The notes below the pieces were generated by a model, which ran no database searches, was not told the origin of the DNA, and worked only from the letters and a program-made list of their open reading frames with translations. Of a stretch of DNA of 64,000 bases, positions 9,950 to 17,505 are shown one piece after another. Position 1 is the stretch's first letter. Each line of letters opens with the position of its first letter. A program made the translations under genes and the position numbers. The stretch covers positions 2,550 through 66,549 of the forward strand of contig CAZQUN010000003.1 in NCBI GenBank assembly GCA_964596615.1, given 5' to 3'. This DNA comes from an uncultured Candidatus Saccharibacteria bacterium. GTDB taxonomy: Bacteria > Patescibacteriota > Minisyncoccia > Portnoybacterales > UBA2143.

Positions 9950-11032
9950 TTATCTAAGAATTTCTATTCCAGGCAATTTCTTGCCACTCAAAAACTCAAG
10001 CATTGCTCCTCCTCCGGTAGAAACATGGTCAATCTTATTCAAAAGACCAAGGTTTTCTAAAAGAACAATGGTATCACCGCCGCCAGCCAAAGAAAAACTA
10101 TCTGATTCAACTATTGCTTGAGATATTTTTTCACTCCCTGGCTGAAATTGTTTCTTTTCAAAAAGCCCCATTGGACCATTAAAGATAATTGTCTTGGCAG
10201 AAGAGATTATTTCTTCAAACTCTTTGATTGTTTCCTTTCCAATATCTAAAATCATTTGTTCTGATTCAATCCAGTCAACTGGTAAATGAACCTTGGGATT
10301 GTCGATAAATTCTCTGGCCTGCTCCAGCATTTCATCCTCAACAACTGATTTCTTAACATCAATGCCTTTGGCTTTTAGAGCTGTATTAGCCAGAGCGCCG
10401 CCTAAAAGAATATGGTCAGCTTTTGCCAGAAAACTCTTAATCAGTTTAATTTTAGTTGAGATCTTGGCTCCGCCGATAATAATCACTATTGGATGTTCTG
10501 ATTGTCCTAAAACCTTGGAAAGGGCTTTGATTTCCTTTTCTAAAAGCAAACCAGCGCCGCTGGGCAAAAGATTAGGCAAACCAACAATTGAAGCATGAGA
10601 ACGGTGGGAAACAGCAAAAGCGTTGTTAAGATAAATTTCTCCCAGTTGGGCCAGTTGTTTGGCAAAATCAGGATCGTTTTTTTCTTCGCCCGGATTAAAA
10701 CGGAGGTTTTCTAGAAGAATAATTTGGTCTTTTGAATCTCTTACTTCATATCCATCTACTTTTTTTACCGGCTGGTTAAGTAATTCTTCGAGGCGCTTGG
10801 CAATTGGATCTGTTTTTAATTCTTTGACAAACTTGCCTTTTGGTCGGCCCAAGTGAGTCATTAAAATTATTCTGGCTTTTTTATCCAATAAATACTTAAT
10901 TGTTGGCAAACTGGCTTCAAGACGCCAATCCTCTTTTTCGTCAATCTGACCATCATCACCTAAAGAAACATTAAAATCAGCCCTCAAAAGGACCTTTTTG
11001 TTCTTAAAATCAAAATCTGAAAGAGATTTCAT
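9950..11032 (-). CDS. pgk: Phosphoglycerate kinase
   Basis: RADFNV, THLGRP, LLENLRF, GGAK, GGGDT, STGGGAMLE. Confidence 0.97.
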   Translation of the reverse strand: MKSLSDFDFKNKKVLLRADFNVSLGDDGQIDEKEDWRLEASLPTIKYLLDKKARIILMTHLGRPKGKFVKELKTDPIAKRLEELLNQPVKKVDGYEVRDSKDQIILLENLRFNPGEEKNDPDFAKQLAQLGEIYLNNAFAVSHRSHASIVGLPNLLPSGAGLLLEKEIKALSKVLGQSEHPIVIIIGGAKISTKIKLIKSFLAKADHILLGGALANTALKAKGIDVKKSVVEDEMLEQAREFIDNPKVHLPVDWIESEQMILDIGKETIKEFEEIISSAKTIIFNGPMGLFEKKQFQPGSEKISQAIVESDSFSLAGGGDTIVLLENLGLLNKIDHVSTGGGAMLEFLSGKKLPGIEILR

Positions 11033-11790
11033 GAGATACTTCCAATGATTTTAATAAACTCGCTTGCATTAAGAGACGCTCCGCCAACTAAAAGACCTTC
11101 CATGCCGGCGTTTTTAACGTATTCAACCGCATTTTTACTATCAACGCTGCCGCCGTAAATTATCCTGACTTTTTCAGCTGCAGCCCGGTCATAGAGTTTG
11201 GTTAAAATCTTGCGAATGAATAATCTGGCTTTCATGGCATCATCCGGCGAACAGGGATTATCTGTTCCAATTGCCCAAACCGGTTCATAGGCAATAACCA
11301 GGTCTCTTAATTTTTCAACCGGAAGATCAATTAAATCCTTTTCTAATTGTTCGCCAACAGTTAAACTCATTTCATTAACTGGTCTTCCTTCATGATTAAA
11401 ACTATCCCGGGCTTCTTCGCCCAGACAGAGAATTGGTTTTAATCTGGCATTTAGAGTTGCCTTTAATTTCTTGTTAACAATTTCATCGGTTTCGTTAAAA
11501 TATTTTCTTCTTTCCGAATGACCAATAATGACGTATTGACAACCTAAATCTTTGAGTATTGAAGGAGAAACTTCGCCAGTATATGCCCCCTTGTCTTCCC
11601 AAAAGCAATCCTGTCCGCCTGAAATGTATTTATCTTTAATTAGAGAAAGATAAGGAAAAGGTGGACAAATTACCGTTTCAATCTCTTTTTCTCTTTTAAT
11701 CTCTCTGAATGAATCCAAAAGACGTTCAACTTCTTTCTGGCTGGTTGGATTCATTTTCCAATTAGCGATGATTAATAGTTTTTTATCCAT
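11029..11790 (-). CDS. tpiA: Triosephosphate isomerase
   Basis: ANWKMN, GHSERR, AYEPVWAIGT, YGGSV, LVGGASL. Start moved to ATG 11790. Confidence 0.97.
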   Translation of the reverse strand: MDKKLLIIANWKMNPTSQKEVERLLDSFREIKREKEIETVICPPFPYLSLIKDKYISGGQDCFWEDKGAYTGEVSPSILKDLGCQYVIIGHSERRKYFNETDEIVNKKLKATLNARLKPILCLGEEARDSFNHEGRPVNEMSLTVGEQLEKDLIDLPVEKLRDLVIAYEPVWAIGTDNPCSPDDAMKARLFIRKILTKLYDRAAAEKVRIIYGGSVDSKNAVEYVKNAGMEGLLVGGASLNASEFIKIIGSIS

Positions 11791-12403
11791 ATTTTTTGTT
11801 CTGATGAAAGTGCCTCCAAATCCACCAGATGATACCAATAATGATTAAAATGGCGATTGGCCATTGGAATTTCCTGAAATACGTTTCTAAATGCTCCCAA
11901 TTTTCTCCCATGACTACTCCAGCATAAGTCAGGGCAAAAGACCAAGGCAGAGAACCAAGAAAAGTGTAAAAAGAGAATTTCTTGAAATCCATTTTGGCAA
12001 TCCCAGCCGGGAGGGAAATAAATGTCCTGATAATCGGCAAAAGACGGGAGAAAAAGACAGTCCCCTGGCCATATTTTTCAAACCAGCGATCAGCGATTTC
12101 CAAATCATGACGGGAAAGTAAAATGTATTTACCATATTTCTCTATTAAAGGCCGGCCGCCGACATAGCCAACCCAGTAAGCCAACCAGGAACCAAGCAGG
12201 TTTCCAATTGTCCCCCATAAGACTACCAGCCAGAAACCAAACCTTCCTTCGTGAACCAGAAACCCGGAAAAGGGCATTATGACTTCGGATGGAATCGGAA
12301 TACAAGCGCTTTCCAAAGCCATTAATACCGTGATACCAGTATAACCTGTTGAAGAGATAGTATTAGTGACAAAAGAAGCAAGTAGTGATAAAATCTCATC
12401 CAT
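11783..12403 (-). CDS. DedA family membrane protein
   Basis: LESACIPIPSEVIMPFSG, FFSRLLPIIRTFISLPAG. Confidence 0.93.
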   Translation of the reverse strand: MDEILSLLASFVTNTISSTGYTGITVLMALESACIPIPSEVIMPFSGFLVHEGRFGFWLVVLWGTIGNLLGSWLAYWVGYVGGRPLIEKYGKYILLSRHDLEIADRWFEKYGQGTVFFSRLLPIIRTFISLPAGIAKMDFKKFSFYTFLGSLPWSFALTYAGVVMGENWEHLETYFRKFQWPIAILIIIGIIWWIWRHFHQNKKYG

Positions 12404-12532
12404 AAAATCCAAATGTCAAAATCCAAATGTCAATTCAAATCCTAAACCCAAATGACTAAATTGAATTAAATTCTTTTTTGACATTTAATCATTTGGCATT
12501 CATTTGAAATTTGAGCTTTGAATTTTGTCATT
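12404..12532. repeat. Inverted array of degenerate ~7-nt repeats (AAATGTC/AAAATCC on the left arm; GACATTT/TTTGA.. on the right arm)
   Basis: aaaatcc-aaatgtc-aaaatcc-aaatgtc...aaatgac, followed by gacattt...tcatttg...tttgaaa-tttgagc-tttgaat-tttgtca; fills the galT-dedA spacer. Confidence 0.7.
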
Positions 12533-13523
12533 ACTTTTTTAAAAACTCAGCTGCTTTCTCAGGTTCAATTGTAGAAATTTCCATGCCGGCTCCTAATTCA
12601 AAACCAGCCATAATTGATGTCTTGGGCAGAATATTCAAATGCCAGTGATAATGTTCATGTCCCTGGTCGTCCCCCGGCGCAGTGTGGAAATAGAAATTGT
12701 AGGCCGGATCTTTTAATTTGGTATAGATTCTGTTAAGAGCAACTCGAAAAGCATCAGCAAAAAGTTCTTTTTCCTTTTCTGTCATTTTTTCGAAATAGGG
12801 TTGGTGTTTCTTTGGATAAACCCTGACTTCAAATGAAACCTGGGGAGCAAAGGGAGAAAGAACGACAAATTCATCATTCTGATAAATTATTCTTCTTTTA
12901 TCCTTAATATCCCATCCAATCATAGAGCAGTAAACACATTTTTTATGCTTCTGGTAATAATTATCAGCGCCGTCCAGACTACTGCGCAAATCCGGGTCAA
13001 GAACCGGAATAGCAATTAATTGGGAATGAGGGTGAGCAATTGAAGCCCCGGCTTCCTTGCCATGATTATGAAAAATTGAAACGTATTTAATCAGTTCTTT
13101 ATCAATTAAATCTAAATACCTTTTTTGATATAAATCAATAACTAATTTAATTTCTTGGTTTGTCATCTGGGCCATCTGTTTTTTGTGGTCGGATGTAATA
13201 ATGACCTCGTGAAAACCAATTCCATCCATTTTCCTATTCGGTCCTTCTTCTTTTTCATTCAAAGAATCCCCTTTTGAAAGAGCCGGGAAATCATTCGGAA
13301 TGGATAAAACAAACCAGGAACCATCTGGTTTGTTTAATGTTAGAACTGATTTATCCAGAATTTTTGGCTGACAAAAAGGACATTTCTCAGGCGAAACATC
13401 GTCCCTTATTCTTTTCTCTTCGGCAAAGGTTTCCGGCCGTCTCGCCCGGCCAGTGGCAATAACGACCCAGTCATTAGAGACCAGGTCAAGCCGAAGTTCT
13501 GATGGAAATCTATCCTTTATCAT
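12531..13523 (-). CDS. galT: Galactose-1-phosphate uridylyltransferase family (HIT superfamily)
   Basis: ELRLD..WVVIA..RARRP, CPFC, GASIAHPHSQ, AGFELG. Confidence 0.88.
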   Translation of the reverse strand: MIKDRFPSELRLDLVSNDWVVIATGRARRPETFAEEKRIRDDVSPEKCPFCQPKILDKSVLTLNKPDGSWFVLSIPNDFPALSKGDSLNEKEEGPNRKMDGIGFHEVIITSDHKKQMAQMTNQEIKLVIDLYQKRYLDLIDKELIKYVSIFHNHGKEAGASIAHPHSQLIAIPVLDPDLRSSLDGADNYYQKHKKCVYCSMIGWDIKDKRRIIYQNDEFVVLSPFAPQVSFEVRVYPKKHQPYFEKMTEKEKELFADAFRVALNRIYTKLKDPAYNFYFHTAPGDDQGHEHYHWHLNILPKTSIMAGFELGAGMEISTIEPEKAAEFLKK

Positions 13524-14250
13524 ATTTCCCTCTAATTAAATTCCATTTAATCTTAAAAAGTTCTTTAAAAGTATTCAAATATCCTTTTAAATTAACCCGG
13601 CTGTCAGGAGAATTTATCCAATTAACCGGAATTATTCCAATCTTGTATCCTAGTTTCCTGGCTAGAGCCAGGGATTCAATATCAAAACCCCAGCGGTCAA
13701 TTTTAAGTCGGGAAAAAATATCTTCGGTTGCCTTTTGGCTAAAAGCCTTGAATCCGCACTGGGTATCCCAGATTCCCGGTACCGCTACTAATTGAATCAA
13801 AAGGTTTCCTAGATTGCCTAATTGTCTTTTAAGAAATGACTGGGGAACGGCCTGTTTCGCTTCTTTGGCATCTTTTTTATCCCGGGAGCCAATAACAATC
13901 TGATGACCTTCGTTAAAAAGGGGTATCATTTTCTCAAAATGCTCTATGGTTGTCGCATTATCAGCATCCATAAAAAGACGGATTTCTCCTTTAGCCTCCA
14001 GCATCCCCTGTTTAACAACCCAGCCTTTGCCATGATTTTTCTCGTTATCAATCAATCTCAAATTCTTAATTAATTCAGAGAATTTACGGACTATTCCGGA
14101 AGTGTTATCCGGCGAACCATCATTAACAACAACAATCTCATAACTATACTTCTGCTCGCTCAAATACTGGTCAATGTCTAATAGGGTTTTAGTAATTCTT
14201 TTTTCTTCCCGATAAGCCGGGATAACAACAGATAAATATATTTTTTTCAT
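13510..14250 (-). CDS. Glycosyltransferase family 2 (polyprenyl-phosphate glucosyl/mannosyltransferase-like)
   Basis: SVVIPAYREE, VNDGSPD, FMDAD, DTQCGFKAF, GFDIE. Start ATG 14250, 7 nt after TATAAT. Confidence 0.92.
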   Translation of the reverse strand: MKKIYLSVVIPAYREEKRITKTLLDIDQYLSEQKYSYEIVVVNDGSPDNTSGIVRKFSELIKNLRLIDNEKNHGKGWVVKQGMLEAKGEIRLFMDADNATTIEHFEKMIPLFNEGHQIVIGSRDKKDAKEAKQAVPQSFLKRQLGNLGNLLIQLVAVPGIWDTQCGFKAFSQKATEDIFSRLKIDRWGFDIESLALARKLGYKIGIIPVNWINSPDSRVNLKGYLNTFKELFKIKWNLIRGKYDKG

Positions 14251-14289
14251 ATCTTGTATTATACAATAGTTTCCATTAACATACAAAGC

Positions 14290-15270
14290 ATGAAATACCG
14301 TATCATCACCTATGGCTGTCAGATGAATAAGAGTGATTCTGAAAGATTAGCCGCCAAGCTGGAAAAACAAAAATATCAGTCGGCTAATATTAAATTGGCT
14401 GATTTAATTGTAATTAATATCTGTTCTGTTCGCCAATCCGCTATTGACCGGGTTTACGCTAAAATTAGGCAGTTAAACAAACAAAAACCAAAACCAAGAA
14501 TAGTTTTAACCGGCTGTATTCTGGAAAAAGATAAAAAAATCCTCAAAAACCAGGTTAATGATATTTGGCCAATTGCTGATTTTGAAGAAAAAGCTAAATG
14601 TTTTTCAGAAAAAGAAGCTTTTGTTCCGATTATGACTGGCTGTGATAATTTCTGTTCCTACTGCGCTGTTCCATATGCCCGGGGTAGAGAAAAATCCAGG
14701 AAATCTAATGAAATTATCAAAGAAATTAAAGATTTAATCAAAAAGGATTACAAGAAAATTATTCTTCTTGGTCAGAATGTTAATAGTTATTCCGACGGAA
14801 AAACTAACTTTCCAAAACTTCTTAAATTAGTTGATAACATTGAAAGTAATTTTAGGATAGAATTTATGACATCACACCCTAAAGATTTTTCAGATGAATT
14901 AATCAATGTAATTTCAAAGAGTAAAAAAATATCAAAACAGATTCATTTGCCGATTCAGTCAGGTGATAATACAATTTTAAAGAAAATGAATCGTCGATAT
15001 ACGGTTGGCAGATACAAGAATTTAATTAAAAAAATCCGGAAGAAAATTCCGAATGTTAAAATCTCAACTGACCTTATTGTCGGTTTTCCAACTGAGACAG
15101 AAAAGCAGTTTCAAAATTCCGTTAAACTGGTTAAAGAAATGAATTTCTGCCAGATTTATGTTTCTGCTTATTCCTCCCGTCCCGGCACTGCCGCCTCAGA
15201 ATTGAAAGACAATATCCCTTCGGATATAAAGAAAAAGAGAAAGACAATTCTTTTAAAAATGATTGAATAA
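14290..15270 (+). CDS. miaB: MiaB-family radical SAM tRNA methylthiotransferase (short; no TRAM domain visible)
   Basis: TYGCQMN, NICSVR, TGC (UPF0004 Cys); GCDNFCSYC radical SAM motif; LLGQNVNSY, HLPIQSG, IVGFPTET. Confidence 0.88.
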   Translation: MKYRIITYGCQMNKSDSERLAAKLEKQKYQSANIKLADLIVINICSVRQSAIDRVYAKIRQLNKQKPKPRIVLTGCILEKDKKILKNQVNDIWPIADFEEKAKCFSEKEAFVPIMTGCDNFCSYCAVPYARGREKSRKSNEIIKEIKDLIKKDYKKIILLGQNVNSYSDGKTNFPKLLKLVDNIESNFRIEFMTSHPKDFSDELINVISKSKKISKQIHLPIQSGDNTILKKMNRRYTVGRYKNLIKKIRKKIPNVKISTDLIVGFPTETEKQFQNSVKLVKEMNFCQIYVSAYSSRPGTAASELKDNIPSDIKKKRKTILLKMIE

Positions 15271-15332
15271 AAAAAGAAAGGGCGTCCACTTTCTTCTTTA
15301 CGAAAATGGAGCCCTTTGCCCACTTAAAGAGT

Positions 15333-15467
15333 TTACCCTGAGTCGCGGGTAGTATCCGTCGATGTGGTCGGCGTCGTTGTTGTTGCCGTCGTGGTTGTCG
15401 GGGTTGTCGACGTCTTGGTGCCCTTTTTGCCTGTCCGCTCGGTATTCTTGGTATGATGCTCGGTCAT
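15333..15467 (-). CDS. Small Thr-rich peptide, 44 aa (MTEHHTKNTERTGKKGTKTSTTPTTTTATTTTPTTSTDTTRDSG); not in ORF track
   Basis: AAAGGAGG RBS 5 nt before ATG; own promoter upstream; terminator-like hairpin at ~15271-15318. Confidence 0.65.
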   Translation of the reverse strand: MTEHHTKNTERTGKKGTKTSTTPTTTTATTTTPTTSTDTTRDSG

Positions 15468-15549
15468 GGTGTCCTCCTTTATTGTGAAGTACGTTACGGC
15501 GAAAATTCGCTAAACCAAACCTAGAAAGAACTAATACAAACTTATACTT

Positions 15550-15593
15550 ATACTACTATCCCCAAAAATCCATGTCAAAGGAACTTATCCACA
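15550..15593 (-). promoter_or_regulatory. Sigma70 promoter (TTGACA-17-TAGTAT) with a perfect DnaA box 6 nt upstream of the -35
   Basis: tgtcaa 15573-15578, atacta 15550-15555, TTATCCACA 15585-15593. Confidence 0.7.
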
Positions 15594-15656
15594 CCTTATA
15601 AAAAGAGAGGGCGCCATTGTTTCGCAACAGCGCCTCGTCAAACTAGTTGGCATGTA

Positions 15657-15786
15657 CTAGGAGCACCGCGACCCCGGGCACTCTACCTGCCCATACCCGT
15701 ATTTGAGTCCCGTATTTGAGTCAAAAGTGGGTTTCATCCATGCGATCGTCGCCAGCATTTACCAACAGAACTAAAAGCTTCTTCAT
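15657..15786 (-). pseudogene. Small signal-peptide-like ORF, apparently frameshifted by one extra base (MKKLLVLLV / MLATIAWMKPTFDSNTGLKYGYGQVECPGSRCS)
   Basis: AAGGAGGTG RBS before ATG 15786. As written it stops after 21 aa; removing the base at 15759 gives a continuous hydrophobic N-terminus. 13-bp tandem duplication cccgtatttgagt at 15696-15721. Confidence 0.5.
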
Positions 15787-15844
15787 TTTGACACCTCCTT
15801 GGTTAGGGGAGAATAAAAAAACACCGAAGAGCTTCCTTAATTAA

Positions 15845-15887
15845 ATCATATCATTACTTAACTCCATGTCAAAGAAACTTATCCACA
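15845..15887 (-). promoter_or_regulatory. Sigma70 promoter (TTGACA-16-TATGAT, extended -10) with a perfect DnaA box 6 nt upstream of the -35
   Basis: 15863-15887 matches 15569-15593 at 24 of 25 positions. Confidence 0.7.
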
Positions 15888-15890
15888 GAA

Positions 15891-16075
15891 TAAAAAGAAG
15901 CGCCGGGTTTAATATATCTTAATGATAAATGACGCTTTAAATTTGCAACCCTATTGGAAAGCGGGGTTACGGCTGCGCAAAAAAAATAAGGTTCTATGTT
16001 TTTCGAGAGCGGAATTCCGCTCTCATTGGTCCAAAGGGACCAATAAAGAAACAACAATGAAAGAACTCGATAATT
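15891..16075 (-). ncRNA. Candidate structured small RNA (third unit of the miaB-miaA array)
   Basis: Promoter TTGACA-16-TATAAT (16082-16109). Adjacent hairpins ATTGGTCC-CTTT-GGACCAAT and GAGAGCGGAATTCCGCTCTC; no SD-led ORF; ends in a hairpin plus U-run. Confidence 0.4.
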
Positions 16076-16102
16076 AAATCCATTATATAGATTCTAAACC
16101 TT

Positions 16103-17023
16103 ATGTCAAGAAAAATTCATCCACATAATAGGTTAATTGTTATTCTCGGACCGACTGCTTCGGGCAAGTCATCTTTGGCTGTTAAATTAGCCAAAGAATT
16201 TAATGGTGAAATTATTTCAGCCGATTCAAGACAAATCTACAAGGAAATGGATATTGGTACGGCTAAAATTACCAAAAAAGAAATGGATGGCATTTCCCAT
16301 TATTTAATAGATATTGTTAAACCCAATCAAGGCTTTACTTTAGCCCAATACAAAAGAGAAGCGATAAAGATTATTAAAGATATTCAAAAAAAAGAAAAAC
16401 TTCCCTTTTTGGTTGGCGGCACCGGTTTATACATCCAATCAATTGTTGATAATCTGGAAATTCCTCAAGTTAAACCTGATAAAAAATTAAGAGAAAAACT
16501 GGAAAAGCAAGATACAAATGATTTATTCAGGCAATTAAAAAAACTGGATCCGGAGAGTATTCAATTTATTGACCGGAATAACAAAAGAAGAATTATCCGG
16601 GCCTTAGAAGTCTGTTTTTTGACACAAAAACCGTTTTCAAAGCAAAGAAAAAGAGGCCAACCTATATTTGATGTTTTACAGATCGGCATTAATGTTGAAA
16701 AAAATGAATTAGAAAAGAGAACAGAGAAAAGAACAGAAGAAATGATAAAGGAAGGTCTGGTTGAAGAAGTTAAAAAACTTCTTGAAAAATACAACCCTGA
16801 CCTCCCTTGTTTTAGCGGAATCGGCTATCAAGAGATAATTCCCTATCTTAAAGGAGAAATATCTCTTGATAAAGCCAAGGAGCTCATTGCCCGACATACC
16901 CGCCAGTATGCTAAAAAGCAAATGGTTTGGTTTAAGCGGGATAAGCGCATTCATTGGGTAAAGAGTTATCCCCAAGTAAAGAAATCAACCGAAAAATTCT
17001 TGTCTGGCGAGACGCTCTGCTGA
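16103..17023 (+). CDS. miaA: tRNA dimethylallyltransferase
   Basis: GPTASGKS, ISADSRQIYKEMDIGTAK, VGGTGLY, RRIIRALEV, GIGYQE, YAKKQMVWF. Confidence 0.96.
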   Translation: MSRKIHPHNRLIVILGPTASGKSSLAVKLAKEFNGEIISADSRQIYKEMDIGTAKITKKEMDGISHYLIDIVKPNQGFTLAQYKREAIKIIKDIQKKEKLPFLVGGTGLYIQSIVDNLEIPQVKPDKKLREKLEKQDTNDLFRQLKKLDPESIQFIDRNNKRRIIRALEVCFLTQKPFSKQRKRGQPIFDVLQIGINVEKNELEKRTEKRTEEMIKEGLVEEVKKLLEKYNPDLPCFSGIGYQEIIPYLKGEISLDKAKELIARHTRQYAKKQMVWFKRDKRIHWVKSYPQVKKSTEKFLSGETLC

Positions 17024-17404
17024 AATAATTACTTTTTCGATGTCTGCCAACGAAGAAGATTCCAATTCACACTTTTTAGCCCTGAATGGTAAAATTGTCT
17101 CCAGGATATCCTCGATACAATAATATCTTCTGTCAACAGGATAACCGAGTTTCCGGTGTGAACAGAAGACGCATGACTTTATAGATGGTTTTTGAGGAGC
17201 AAAACACTCCAATCCGCCCTTGTTTAAAGCGAGACGCTTTACAGCACATTTTTCTCTGTTTAAGCACCATTCTTTCAAAAGAACCATACATAACCGGTGA
17301 AGTTGTACACCCTGTGCAATTTTCTCTATTCGCCTTTGGTCTGGCCAAGAACCCATTGGCTTGCCTTTTTCTAGGTCTAATATAATGTCGTGCGATTTTG
17401 GCAT
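16985..17404 (-). CDS. Hypothetical Cys-rich protein
   Basis: 139-aa ORF with AAAGGAGGAG RBS and a CxxC motif; its 3' end overlaps the convergent miaA. Confidence 0.55.
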   Translation of the reverse strand: MPKSHDIILDLEKGKPMGSWPDQRRIEKIAQGVQLHRLCMVLLKEWCLNREKCAVKRLALNKGGLECFAPQKPSIKSCVFCSHRKLGYPVDRRYYCIEDILETILPFRAKKCELESSSLADIEKVIISAERLARQEFFG

Positions 17405-17505
17405 ATCTCCTCCTTTCTTGTTAAAAAACAGGTTAAACCCCGCCGAGCGAGGTAAAAAAAATGCCCCTCAGGGCTTTTTACTTTTTAAAAAAATACTCAT
17501 TGTTT

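Noticed and set aside
15569-16125. Three spaced repeats with DnaA boxes as a CRISPR array or oriC
   Set aside because: Spacers are ~240-290 bp, the repeats are non-palindromic promoters, and no cas genes are present. The boxes are single and far apart, dnaA is not nearby, and the dominant gene orientation does not switch.
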